From positions 15,353 through 79,352 of the forward strand of contig CALFHF010000222.1 of NCBI GenBank assembly GCA_937875855.1: 64,000 nt of DNA, given 5' to 3'. The position numbers and the translations under genes are program-made. The notes below the pieces were generated by a model. The model was not told the DNA's origin, ran no database searches, and was given only the letters and a program-made list of their open reading frames with translations. Position 1 is the first letter of the stretch; each line of letters opens with the position of its first letter. Below are positions 38,271 to 47,610 of the stretch, in pieces. This DNA comes from an uncultured Flavobacteriales bacterium. GTDB lineage: Bacteria; Bacteroidota; Bacteroidia; Flavobacteriales_D; JABDKJ01.

Positions 38271-38278
38271 TACTTTTG
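38271..38278 (+). promoter_or_regulatory. Candidate -7 promoter box (TACTTTTG)
   Basis: The sequence matches TAnnTTTG and ends 4 nt before the ATG at 38283. The same 12-mer, TACTTTTGCGGC, occurs at 57810. Confidence 0.4.
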
Positions 38279-38282
38279 CGGC

Positions 38283-38882
38283 ATGGAAGCCAAGAAGATC
38301 TTTTCACGTGCGCTTAGTTATTTCATGCGGGGCTTGCTCTATACGGGCCCTCTTGCAATCACGGGCTATATCATCTATAAACTCTTTATCTTCTTAGATA
38401 ATGTCATCCCTATTGACATTCCTGGCTTAGGGCTTCTTTCCTTGCTTGCTTTTATAACGATAGTGGGACTGGTAGGATCCACTTTCATAGCCCGACCTAT
38501 AGAGAATTACTTCTCACGCCTCTTGGACAGAGCGCCATTGATCAAGACGATTTACAGCGCGATCTCTGATCTGCTCTCAGCCTTTGTGGGGGAGAAAAAA
38601 CGATTCAATAAACCCGTTTTGGTGAGGTTAACTAAGAGTGCTGACCTTGAGAAACTGGGATTCATCACTTCTGAAGACCTGAGCTATTTAGGGATAGAAA
38701 AAGGCAGAATCGCAGTTTATCTTCCGCATTCTTATAATTTCTCAGGAAACCTTTATATCGTTCCTGTGGAGAATGTCACCCTGCTTGATGCCAATGCCTC
38801 TGAAGTGATGAAGTTCATCGTTTCGGGCGGAGTCACGGATTTAGATGTTGCTAAAGATGAAATAGAGAGCCATGAAGAATGA
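38283..38882 (+). CDS. DUF502-family membrane protein
   Basis: Two N-terminal TM segments are followed by a soluble domain. The overall pattern resembles DUF502. Confidence 0.6.
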   Translation: MEAKKIFSRALSYFMRGLLYTGPLAITGYIIYKLFIFLDNVIPIDIPGLGLLSLLAFITIVGLVGSTFIARPIENYFSRLLDRAPLIKTIYSAISDLLSAFVGEKKRFNKPVLVRLTKSADLEKLGFITSEDLSYLGIEKGRIAVYLPHSYNFSGNLYIVPVENVTLLDANASEVMKFIVSGGVTDLDVAKDEIESHEE

Positions 38883-39300
38883 TCGCATACACGCTGATAA
38901 AGCACCGAAGCCTGTTGGACTGTATCCTCATGCACGCAAAGTGGGAAACCTTCTTTTCCTCAGCGGGGTTGGGCCGCGCATAGCAGGCAGTGACGCTACA
39001 GATTCAGGTGTTCCCGGATTGAAGCTTGACAACAATGGAAATCAGATCGAGTTTGATTTTGAGGCGCAGGTGCATAGCGTATTCAAAAACGTGCGCTTGG
39101 TCTTGGAAGAGGCCGGAAGCAGCTGGGATAATCTGGTAGATGTCACCGTATTCCTCACTGATATGAAGCGAGATTTCCAGACGTATAATCGCATTTATGC
39201 TGAGTATTTCAAGGACAACCAGCCCTGCAGAACTACCGTGGCGATAGATTCATTACCCACGCCTATCGCTATAGAGCTTAAGTGCATTGCTACGATTTAA
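38872..39300 (+). CDS. RidA/YjgF/L-PSP family protein
   Basis: The protein is 142 aa and has APKPVGLYPHA near the N-terminus and a C-terminal PCRTTV..LP..IAIE segment. Confidence 0.8.
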   Translation: MKNDRIHADKAPKPVGLYPHARKVGNLLFLSGVGPRIAGSDATDSGVPGLKLDNNGNQIEFDFEAQVHSVFKNVRLVLEEAGSSWDNLVDVTVFLTDMKRDFQTYNRIYAEYFKDNQPCRTTVAIDSLPTPIAIELKCIATI

Positions 39301-39340
39301 GTGGAACTAACTAATCAGTTAGTCAAATAAAGAACCCATA

Positions 39341-39377
39341 AAAAAATCCCGCTTTCCCATAAGAAAGCGGGGTTTTT
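39341..39377. terminator. Bidirectional rho-independent terminator between convergent genes
   Basis: The stem CCCGCTTTC/GAAAGCGGG has a 6-nt loop. It is flanked by an A-run on the left and a T-run on the right. Confidence 0.75.
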
Positions 39378-39394
39378 AATTTCTTAGGCGTAGC

Positions 39395-41461
39395 TCAATA
39401 GAATCTCGCCATGTCATTTTTAACGCCTCTCGCATCGTTCAATGCATTGTTCATTTGACCTACTGAATTTCTCAGGGTGTTGTTCAATGCTCCCTTCTCC
39501 GCTTCCATATCTATTGCTTCAGCATTGGCCAGTACTTTACCACTCACTTGAATTACAAATACTCCGCTGTTTCCAACGATAGGTGAAAGCACTTCTCCTT
39601 CGTTATGCGCAAATGCATTGCCAACGATTATAGGCTCTCTGCCCGCCCCAGTAATGGTAGGATTAGACAACGTCACTGACTGAGCCGCAGCAGCAGTCTT
39701 AGAAAGCTTAGCAGCTGCTTCATCTACTGAAGCATAGCTTCCAAGCTGATCCTTAATCAGCTTCGCTTTCTTCTCCTTCAATACTTCAGCCTTAATCTGA
39801 TCCGTGACGTCTGCTAATTTAGGTGCGCCATCTTCTTTAGCTCCAGTGAGGATAGCAATGATGAAATTATTACCAGCTTCCTTAGGGTCTGAAATATCTC
39901 CTACTGAACGCTCAGGTGCATAGGCCCAACGAACAAGCTCCTTAGCATCAGATACACCAGCAACAGCAGCAGAACCTGCAACAACATTCTTAGCAGGGGT
40001 CAACGTAATGCCTTCAGCCGCAGCCGCAGCTCTAAGCTCCTCTGGGTCGTTATGATCAATGAGGTAGGCATTTGCCATCTCATATACGTTGTCGAACGTT
40101 GATGTAGAAGGTTCGATAGTCTTGGTCAATTCTAGAAGACTTCGCATTGGCTCGCTTCTGCGATCCATGTTCTCTATGATGTGATATCCGTAGCTGGTTT
40201 TCACAACGCCTAGTTTCCCTTTTGGCTCATTGAAACTAAAATCTTCAAATTCCTTTACCATTTGGCCCTTAGGGAACCATTCGTATTTTCCGCCAGTAGC
40301 TTTAGATCCTGGGTCTTCAGTGAATTTCTCCACCATAGCTTCGAACTTGGCTCCTTTCCTGATAGCAGCTAAGATGCTGTCAGCTTTGGCTTTCTTCACA
40401 GCCTCGTTAGTAGGATCAGACTTGATAAGAATGTGACGCACGGTAGCCTCACTCTTCGCATCGGTGTTCTTTATTTTGTACAACTTGAATGATGTAGCAT
40501 CTTCAATAGGACCTACAACATCTCCTATAGCCGAAGCGAAAACTGCAGTAGCCAAGCTTGAATCTAAGTCAGCCTTCGTGTACGAGTTCAAGGTATACTG
40601 ACGGGTATCACTATTCTGTACTACGAAAAGAGAATCCTTTTCCGAGCTCTTGAATTGAGAAGCTAATTGCTCAGCATCTCCTCTCAAACCAGCGATGTCC
40701 TCAGGAGTTGGCAATACTGGGAAAACCATTACATCCATATCACGTCCTGCCTTCTGCTTGTACTTCACATCATTCTTATGCGTGCTGAAGAAGCTGTTCA
40801 ATTCGCTATCAGATACCGTGATGGTGCTGTCGGGAATTTCGTTGAAAGCCTTCATCACATAGTTGAAGCTCACTGAGCTGTTCTTCGCGTCATATGCGTC
40901 CTTGACATCTAGTGAGTTCGTGAAAAGACTCTTACTCAATAGGGTGTTGTACTTCTCAGAGAGACGATTTTCTTTCAATCTGCGATACTCAGCTTCCCAT
41001 ACAGGCCTATTGTTCTTGTAAAGATTAGAGTAAGAGAACTTTACACGCTCGGGATCGAATTGTCCATTTTCTCCTTTGAAATTCTCAGTGAATTCAGTGA
41101 TGGCTCCTTCACCAAAACGAAGGTCATCGAATTCCTCATCAGAGAAACGAAGTCCTACTGCATCGATGTCTTTCATCAAGACTTCTTGCTTCACCATATC
41201 CTGCCAAGCGATGTTACGCGCTTGTTCTGCAGAAATCTGCTGGTTATATCCTGTGGCATACATATCAGCCCAGTATTGAGTACGTTGCTCAAGCTCCTGT
41301 GTGTTTACTTCCGTATCACCCACCTTTCCTATTGAAGGAATCTGCTGACCTCCGAACAAGGTCTGAAGCGCGCTAGGATCCAAGATAAAGAGCAATATGC
41401 CCAGTCCTATGATCACTAACAACAACCAACTCTGACTCCTTATCTTACCAATTATTGCCAT
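39395..41461 (-). CDS. Periplasmic chaperone/peptidyl-prolyl isomerase, PpiD/SurA-like
   Basis: An N-terminal TM anchor is followed by a parvulin domain (VRHILIK...YGYHII). The protein is 688 aa. Confidence 0.8.
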   Translation of the reverse strand: MAIIGKIRSQSWLLLVIIGLGILLFILDPSALQTLFGGQQIPSIGKVGDTEVNTQELEQRTQYWADMYATGYNQQISAEQARNIAWQDMVKQEVLMKDIDAVGLRFSDEEFDDLRFGEGAITEFTENFKGENGQFDPERVKFSYSNLYKNNRPVWEAEYRRLKENRLSEKYNTLLSKSLFTNSLDVKDAYDAKNSSVSFNYVMKAFNEIPDSTITVSDSELNSFFSTHKNDVKYKQKAGRDMDVMVFPVLPTPEDIAGLRGDAEQLASQFKSSEKDSLFVVQNSDTRQYTLNSYTKADLDSSLATAVFASAIGDVVGPIEDATSFKLYKIKNTDAKSEATVRHILIKSDPTNEAVKKAKADSILAAIRKGAKFEAMVEKFTEDPGSKATGGKYEWFPKGQMVKEFEDFSFNEPKGKLGVVKTSYGYHIIENMDRRSEPMRSLLELTKTIEPSTSTFDNVYEMANAYLIDHNDPEELRAAAAAEGITLTPAKNVVAGSAAVAGVSDAKELVRWAYAPERSVGDISDPKEAGNNFIIAILTGAKEDGAPKLADVTDQIKAEVLKEKKAKLIKDQLGSYASVDEAAAKLSKTAAAAQSVTLSNPTITGAGREPIIVGNAFAHNEGEVLSPIVGNSGVFVIQVSGKVLANAEAIDMEAEKGALNNTLRNSVGQMNNALNDARGVKNDMARFY

Positions 41462-41554
41462 CTTGAACTCTGTTTAAATCTTTTGATTGTAGGCCTAGGC
41501 CCATTTCTTTTTAAGGTGCGCGAATATACGACCCTGACTGTCAATATGAAAGTG

Positions 41555-42820
41555 TCATTTTTTGTTGATCTGCAGCTCCACTTCTTCAATACGATGTCCT
41601 GAGACCTTAGTAATCAAGAATCGGAAGGGAGGGATAGAGATCCTATCCTTTACATCAGGCAGGTCTGCGTTATGATGCAGAATGAGCCCCGCAAGGGTAT
41701 CATACTCATTTGATTCAGGCAGGTTTAGGCGATATCGCTCGTTCAGATAATCAAGCTCATGACGCGCTGCGAAGCGGTAATGATCCTCCGCTAACTGCGT
41801 CTCTATAAGGTCGCCCTTGTCATGTTCATCCTCTATATCTCCGAAAAGCTCTTCTACCACGTCTTCTATGGTTAACATGCCTGAAGTTCCTCCGTATTCA
41901 TCTAATACCACAGCAATATTCCTATGCTCTGAGATGAGTTGTTCTAGGATGTCATTAGCCGTCTTCGTTTCTGGTATCATCGCGATAGGACGCAGAATAG
42001 ACTTCAAGGTATCAGGACGCTTGAACAGCTCACTGCTATGCACATACCCTATGATATGGTCTATGTTATCTCTATAAACCATAATCTTCGAGTGACCCGT
42101 AGCGATCAGCATTTCCTTCAAAGCTTCAATGCTTGAATCAATAGAAATAGCCATAATCTCATTACGCGGAATCATGCACTCTCTAGCTTTCACTTTGGAG
42201 AATTGAAGGGCATTCTGGAAAATCTGAATCTCTGAATCCACCGCTACGTTTTCATCCATAGAGCTGGTTTTCTCTACCAAGAAGTTATATAGGTCAAGCT
42301 GATTGAACACCACGTCTTGAGATCCAGACTCCACTTTGAAAATGGTTTTAAGAATTATTTCAGACAACCATGTGATAAGCATGGCGGGGATAATCAAGAT
42401 TGCATAAATGAATATCATAGGGACCGCCAATACATTGAGTAACCAATTCGGATTAATCCTGAATAGAGACTTGGGCAAGAACTCAGCGGTTATCAAGACT
42501 AAAAGGGTGGAGATAATAGTTTGGGAAAGGAGCACGAAAATCTCGTGATCCCAGATTTGCTTCATAGGCGGCTGAAGGACTATAGCCATAGAGATTCCAT
42601 AGACGACTAGTGCAACATTATTTCCTACCAGCATGGCTGCGATAAAACGCGCCTTCTGATTTACAAACCAGTTTACGATACTCGCGAAGAATCTTCCTTG
42701 CTTGAGCTCTAGCTCTATCTGAAGCCTATTGGCCGAGACATAGGCAATCTCCATTCCTGAGAAAAAGGCGGAAAGAGAGAGGGAAAGTAGAATAATAGGC
42801 CAAGGGTTGTCTAAAGACAT
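41555..42820 (-). CDS. CNNM/DUF21-CBS-CorC hemolysin-family membrane protein (GldE-like)
   Basis: Four N-terminal TM segments are followed by a CBS pair and a C-terminal transporter-associated domain. Confidence 0.75.
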   Translation of the reverse strand: MSLDNPWPIILLSLSLSAFFSGMEIAYVSANRLQIELELKQGRFFASIVNWFVNQKARFIAAMLVGNNVALVVYGISMAIVLQPPMKQIWDHEIFVLLSQTIISTLLVLITAEFLPKSLFRINPNWLLNVLAVPMIFIYAILIIPAMLITWLSEIILKTIFKVESGSQDVVFNQLDLYNFLVEKTSSMDENVAVDSEIQIFQNALQFSKVKARECMIPRNEIMAISIDSSIEALKEMLIATGHSKIMVYRDNIDHIIGYVHSSELFKRPDTLKSILRPIAMIPETKTANDILEQLISEHRNIAVVLDEYGGTSGMLTIEDVVEELFGDIEDEHDKGDLIETQLAEDHYRFAARHELDYLNERYRLNLPESNEYDTLAGLILHHNADLPDVKDRISIPPFRFLITKVSGHRIEEVELQINKK

Positions 42821-42836
42821 GGATGTAGATTAAAAT

Positions 42837-43019
42837 TCAAAGATTTTCAGATTCTTTCTTTTCCAATGCAAGTCTAAGCCTTCTTCGGGTGTAATAGAAG
42901 AGTATGGCGATTATAGGAAAGAAAACATACCATTTGGCATCTACCAGTCCGAGCATGTACACCATGTAAACGCCATAGATGGAAGTGACGATGGCGACCA
43001 TCAGCCAGAACTGCTCCAT
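42837..43019 (-). CDS. Small two-TM membrane protein, hypothetical
   Basis: Two hydrophobic helices are followed by a basic tail. The Met at 43019 avoids overlap with lptC; the full ORF reaches 43046. Confidence 0.45.
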   Translation of the reverse strand: MEQFWLMVAIVTSIYGVYMVYMLGLVDAKWYVFFPIIAILFYYTRRRLRLALEKKESENL

Positions 43020-43023
43020 GAAC

Positions 43024-43620
43024 TTATTGAGACTCTTCAGCTTCATTTTTGTTGTCTATCTCGTCAGGCACTGCAATGTCTCCTGAGGGCGCTAAGATAG
43101 TGTAGCGGCTGAAATCTTCACGAGCGCGCAGTCCACGCCCCTTTATGTCAAGACCATCAGCACGAAGAATGCGAACAGGGGCATCAGTAACGACCAGCTG
43201 GCTATCACTGTACCAGGTAAGGTATTCAGTGAAAAGAGAATCACCTTTGGGATTGCAGAAGACCACGTTATCTATGGCCTTCATTTGATTCAAGGTTTTG
43301 AAATACAGGCCATTATCAGAGTTCAGGATTCCACTGGGTTGTTCTGATTTATTGAAGATAACCAGACTTAAGCCGTCAGAAATCTTCACATAGTCTGTGT
43401 CGTGTATGAATTGTTCCAGTTTGCCTGCGTAAAGGGTATTGCGCACGCGTCCTGAATCAGTAAAAGTGTACGTGACTTCTTTGACCGTCTGAAAAGCACC
43501 AGCATCTTCTTCTCCCATTTCCTGAACGACTTTGATATCGTTCTGGCATGAAAAAAGGAGAATCCCGATGACCAAAGCCAACGGGATCCATGCATTTCCT
43601 ATGAAAGCCCTATGAATCAA
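43024..43620 (-). CDS. lptC: LptC-like LPS export periplasmic protein (lipoprotein form)
   Basis: An OstA/LptC-like beta-rich body is present. A TTG start at 43620 gives MIHRAFIGNAWIPLALVIGILLFSC with a lipobox and overlaps the upstream TGA as TTGA. The full ORF reaches 43725. Confidence 0.6.
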   Translation of the reverse strand: MIHRAFIGNAWIPLALVIGILLFSCQNDIKVVQEMGEEDAGAFQTVKEVTYTFTDSGRVRNTLYAGKLEQFIHDTDYVKISDGLSLVIFNKSEQPSGILNSDNGLYFKTLNQMKAIDNVVFCNPKGDSLFTEYLTWYSDSQLVVTDAPVRILRADGLDIKGRGLRAREDFSRYTILAPSGDIAVPDEIDNKNEAEESQ

Positions 43621-44957
43621 CGTAACTTGACCGTAGTAGCTTCTCCTGAGCAGGTAGTATACGTCTGTCCTTCCTTCAATCCATGAAAGAAAGCATCTTC
43701 CTTCGTTGGGAATTGAGCTCGGCAAGAAGCCAATTTCTTATTGGCAATTTCTACCACCTTGCTAGAACCATCTACCGATTTTGCTCTAGAATAAAGATCA
43801 TACGCCAACCAATACATGGACTGCTTTCCTAGTTTACCATCATCACAGCTACTTGCTGCTTGGAAGATAGCATCTGCTTTCAGGATGTATCCATTTCCGT
43901 TAGAAGGCTCACGTTGTAAAATCTCATTTGCAGCAGATCTCACTTGGCTCATGTTTCCAGTTGCTAGAGAGAAGTAACCAGTTTTGATAAGGTAGTTCAC
44001 CTTTTCAGCACATTCTCCACACAGGTCACTTGCTTGATCATAATACTTAGCCGCTTGGCTATAATTCTTGTTACGCGCCTCTTTCTGTGCAATCGCATAT
44101 GCTGATTCAGCACTTGGTTCTGAAGCGTGAACTGCTTTTGCTAGTGGCAAGAACATTTCACTTTCAGTACAGTCCTTACGGTTCATTATACGTAGCGCTT
44201 TCTTCTTCAACTCCATATCTTCAGGAGCAGCCTTTATACGAGTTGAGAAAATCTCTTCAATGTCTTTACAATCAGCAAACTGAATGAAGAACTCGTCCAA
44301 GTTGTTCTTGGCCTTCACGTACTTTTCTTTGCGTCCGCCTGAAGAATCTTCTTCGTCTTCATCCTCAGCACTGGTATCGAATCGCTCGATATTGATGTTG
44401 ATGATGTCAGAAAGCGTAAGGTACTCTGTGAACATAGTCTCTAGGTCCACATTACCTGTGCGGTAACACTTATACAAGGTCTGATAATACGTAGAGATGA
44501 TAGCGGCTTCAGCCTTATCTCCTGATACTTCTATTGAACGTTGAAGAATATCCTTGGCAGCGCAAGGGTCATCATTGAACTTGAACATCTCTACACCCTT
44601 ACGTCCTAAGACATATCCTTCTTGACCGAAGTTCGCGATACGTATATCGAACAAGGTCATGAGCTCATCTATCAAGACCTGCTTCTTGGCGGCATCCTCT
44701 TCTTTAGCTATCAAGTCGCGGTACATCTTTACTCCATTTAGATAGATTCCTTTACGTGAAGCAGGGCAGATATCTACCAGCACTTTATAGCTAGTATATG
44801 CATCTGTATAGGCTTTCTGCTTTACGAATTCATTGTAAAGCGAAAGATTTTGCACACAGTTCACACTGTCAGTTCCGTAATCATATTTCTTCTGAGCTTG
44901 GCTTTGTAGGCCAAAAAGAACGAAGAATGCGAGTAAAAGGGTCTTAAAGGGTTTCAT
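43617..44957 (-). CDS. TPR-like helical-repeat secreted protein, hypothetical
   Basis: The Met at 44957 gives the signal peptide MKPFKTLLLAFFVLFGLQSQAQ. The body is an all-alpha repeat with an acidic EDEDEED tract. Confidence 0.6.
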   Translation of the reverse strand: MKPFKTLLLAFFVLFGLQSQAQKKYDYGTDSVNCVQNLSLYNEFVKQKAYTDAYTSYKVLVDICPASRKGIYLNGVKMYRDLIAKEEDAAKKQVLIDELMTLFDIRIANFGQEGYVLGRKGVEMFKFNDDPCAAKDILQRSIEVSGDKAEAAIISTYYQTLYKCYRTGNVDLETMFTEYLTLSDIININIERFDTSAEDEDEEDSSGGRKEKYVKAKNNLDEFFIQFADCKDIEEIFSTRIKAAPEDMELKKKALRIMNRKDCTESEMFLPLAKAVHASEPSAESAYAIAQKEARNKNYSQAAKYYDQASDLCGECAEKVNYLIKTGYFSLATGNMSQVRSAANEILQREPSNGNGYILKADAIFQAASSCDDGKLGKQSMYWLAYDLYSRAKSVDGSSKVVEIANKKLASCRAQFPTKEDAFFHGLKEGQTYTTCSGEATTVKLR

Positions 44958-44976
44958 CGTATCGGGTTGTTTCTTG

Positions 44977-46398
44977 TCAATCATATTTTCTTCGTTGGAA
45001 CCATTTGTCGAATCGGGCGTATGGATGGAAACTAAATCCTACCATGAACTTCCAAAATGTTTCTTCTAGGAGTCCGTTTTCAACACTGCCTCTGGTCATA
45101 TACTCTACTCCCAGATCCAATTGTGTGTTTGTGCGGTTCAATCCGCCAGCTAACACGGGAAGACTTAATCCAAAAGACATGCCAGTTTCGGTAATCGCTT
45201 GATTAGCAATCAATAAATGCGTGTTTCCCGTATGATATCCTAGTCTATATGTCGCAATAGAGAATGAACTCACGCGGCTACCTGTTCGCAGGTTGGCGTC
45301 AGGCTGATAGCTCACTCCTGCGTGAACAGTAGCTAATTTTCCCATTTGAAGAAAGTCCTTCTCTGACCCGAAATCTTCTGTCAACGCAGACCAGTCTGCT
45401 GTCTTGTAATCTAGCGCAACAGTCATTTTATGAAGGTTCTTCGCATTTTCAGGTAGGAAGAAGAAATCTACAGAGGCACCTACAGAAATAGTTGTAGGTA
45501 GTGTAATGAAGCCTTTCAGATTATTGAAAGAATTCACAGAATCCTTAAATGTCACCACTTCACTCACATTCTGGGAATAGGTATATACGTCTTGGGTCTT
45601 ACGCCCACTCAAGTTACCTCCAATATCAAGCACGGCTCCTACATTAAGCACGGTGAATTTCTTATCATCATCGTTTTCCTTTTTGTTCAGGTAATGCCTG
45701 GCCATCGTGGATATTCCGAAACTCACATCATTCAAGGTAGTAGCCTTGTCTACACGGGTGTTCATATAGCCATTGTTCGCAGGGAAAATGGAATTACGCT
45801 GCGTAGATAATGACCCAAAGAGGTAATTGAACTCACCACCTACAGAAACGCTGCTGTGCTGACTATACTTAGAGCTGTCACTCTTTACCACGAAGCTGCG
45901 TGCAACATCTAGGAAAAGCCTATTTAGACCGCCATTGCCCGTAAATTCGCTTACTTGGGTAATATCAAGATCAGGGAGATAGGTCTCGGTAGACCCGCTG
46001 TGTCCTATAGTAGAGTATGGAGTTAGCCCGAAAGCAGCACCCATTTTCCCTTTATCCATAGGAAAACCTACAGCGAAGTGATTTAATCTGAAATTCTTGC
46101 GGGTGACGCTTTGGTCGCTTGAAGAAATGGTTCCATAATCTCCCGTTGTGCCCACCTCGAAAGTTGGAAAACCTAGAAAACTCAAGCTGGCTGGATTCAA
46201 TGGATTGATGTGCAATCCATCCACGATGCCCACTCCGGTCCCCCCCATACCGAAATTCCCAACGAAGTTCCCTTGGTCTAGGTCACCTATGCCGTATCGT
46301 GAGTAAGGAGAAATGCTGGTCTCTTGCGCCTGAAGGCCCATAAAGGCTAGGCTACAAAGAAGAATCAGGCTACTAAGATGTGTACAATAAGATCTCAT
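44977..46398 (-). CDS. Outer-membrane beta-barrel protein, hypothetical
   Basis: A signal peptide is followed by alternating beta-strand patterns. The C-terminal region ends in aromatic residues. Confidence 0.55.
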   Translation of the reverse strand: MRSYCTHLSSLILLCSLAFMGLQAQETSISPYSRYGIGDLDQGNFVGNFGMGGTGVGIVDGLHINPLNPASLSFLGFPTFEVGTTGDYGTISSSDQSVTRKNFRLNHFAVGFPMDKGKMGAAFGLTPYSTIGHSGSTETYLPDLDITQVSEFTGNGGLNRLFLDVARSFVVKSDSSKYSQHSSVSVGGEFNYLFGSLSTQRNSIFPANNGYMNTRVDKATTLNDVSFGISTMARHYLNKKENDDDKKFTVLNVGAVLDIGGNLSGRKTQDVYTYSQNVSEVVTFKDSVNSFNNLKGFITLPTTISVGASVDFFFLPENAKNLHKMTVALDYKTADWSALTEDFGSEKDFLQMGKLATVHAGVSYQPDANLRTGSRVSSFSIATYRLGYHTGNTHLLIANQAITETGMSFGLSLPVLAGGLNRTNTQLDLGVEYMTRGSVENGLLEETFWKFMVGFSFHPYARFDKWFQRRKYD

Positions 46399-47089
46399 AT
46401 AATCCCTTCAGGGTTAGAAAAGGGGCTGCAAAGATGACATTTTCAATACGTTCAGCCAAGTAAGGGCCATCACCTCCTGTTATATAGACTGAACCTTGAG
46501 GATAACGCGATTCGAACTCAGTTATGATAGAGCTGACCTCAAAATGTAGCCCACGGTGCGCTCCTGCGCGCATAGCTTGGCTCGTATTCTTTCCCATGGC
46601 TTCTAATTCCTTGGCTTTTTCAAGCTGAGGAAGGCGCCCAGTGAAATGATGCATAGCATTCAATCTCATGTCCCAGCCTGGGGAAATGTTTCCTCCCATG
46701 TACACACCAGCTAGGGTATAGTCGTATGTAATGCAAGTTCCGGCATCAATAACGAGGGAAGCTTCAGGATTTAAAGAATTTCCGGCCACTGCATTTGCTA
46801 ATCGATCTAGACCCAAGGTTGATCTCTCATAGTCCATTTTGAGCGGAATGGATGTCTTCTGATCCAGCCTCAACACCTTTCTATGGGCCAAAGAAGAGGC
46901 TGGAACTTCCACAGACAATGCCGCTGTAGAGCTTATGATTACAGGTGTTTCTGGATTTTTACCAAGGAAATCTTCAAGGAGAGCAAGCTCATCATGGGAT
47001 ATGCGAATATGCGCTTTGGGGCCCCCTTTTTGGAAGAGCGCGGCTTTGATGGTTGTATTGCCAATATCTACTACGTATGCTTTAATCAC
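46373..47089 (-). CDS. coaX: Type III pantothenate kinase
   Basis: The N-terminal motif VVDIGNTTIK, the internal IDAGT motif and the late ITGGDG motif are present. Confidence 0.85.
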   Translation of the reverse strand: MIKAYVVDIGNTTIKAALFQKGGPKAHIRISHDELALLEDFLGKNPETPVIISSTAALSVEVPASSLAHRKVLRLDQKTSIPLKMDYERSTLGLDRLANAVAGNSLNPEASLVIDAGTCITYDYTLAGVYMGGNISPGWDMRLNAMHHFTGRLPQLEKAKELEAMGKNTSQAMRAGAHRGLHFEVSSIITEFESRYPQGSVYITGGDGPYLAERIENVIFAAPFLTLKGLYEILLYTS

Positions 47090-47132
47090 AGCACAAATTT
47101 ACATTCGGACTAGCTTGGAATGAAAAACTATT

Positions 47133-47140
47133 TACTTTTG
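47133..47140 (+). promoter_or_regulatory. Candidate -7 promoter box (TACTTTTG) upstream of the tRNA-Phe repeat array
   Basis: This is the only TAnnTTTG match between coaX and tRNA-Phe. It ends 39 nt before the first repeat unit. Confidence 0.35.
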
Positions 47141-47179
47141 TAGCCCTTTTGAATGCAAGAGGGACAAGAAAAAAGTATT

Positions 47180-47447
47180 GGTGCTATAGCTCAGTCCCGC
47201 CTTGCGGGATTCAAGAAGATCTAACCTCAGCCCCAAGGGCTTCGTAAGATTTTCTAGAATTGGAAGCTAGTACGCACCTTCAGTCAAAAGAGGCTGTAAA
47301 GATTTAAAGTATTGGTGCTATAGCTCAGTCCCGCTAAGAAGCGGGATTCAAGAGTATCTAAGCTTCCCTGAGCGGGTCGCTAAGAAACTCTAGAATTGGC
47401 AGCTAAGCCCAGAATCGATTTACCAGAGTCGATAAACAAAATATCTC
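47180..47447 (+). repeat. Two tandem 134-bp units, each beginning with the first 16 nt of tRNA-Phe
   Basis: GGTGCTATAGCTCAGT occurs at 47180, 47314 and 47448. The two units share a 29-nt identical head and are homologous over about 95 nt, including conserved hairpins. Confidence 0.9.
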
Positions 47448-47520
47448 GGTGCTATAGCTCAGTTGGTAGAGCAATGGACTGAAAATCCATGTGTCCCAGG
47501 TTCGAATCCCGGTAGCACCA
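47448..47520 (+). tRNA. tRNA-Phe (anticodon GAA)
   Basis: The cloverleaf has acceptor GGTGCTA/TAGCACC, D arm GCTC-AGTTGGTA-GAGC, anticodon stem ATGGA/TCCAT with loop CTGAAAA, and T loop TTCGAAT. The T stem CCAGG/CCCGG carries one A:C mismatch. CCA is not encoded. Confidence 0.85.
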
Positions 47521-47533
47521 CTATCAAATTAAA

Positions 47534-47562
47534 GCCGCTTCCCATAGGGAGCGGCTTTTTTT
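47534..47562 (+). terminator. Rho-independent terminator after tRNA-Phe
   Basis: The stem GCCGCTTCCC/GGGAGCGGC has a 3-nt loop and is followed by T7. Confidence 0.8.
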
Positions 47563-47610
47563 GTAGGATTTTTCTGAGGGATGAGAAGTTTACACTGAGC
47601 GGAGTATACA

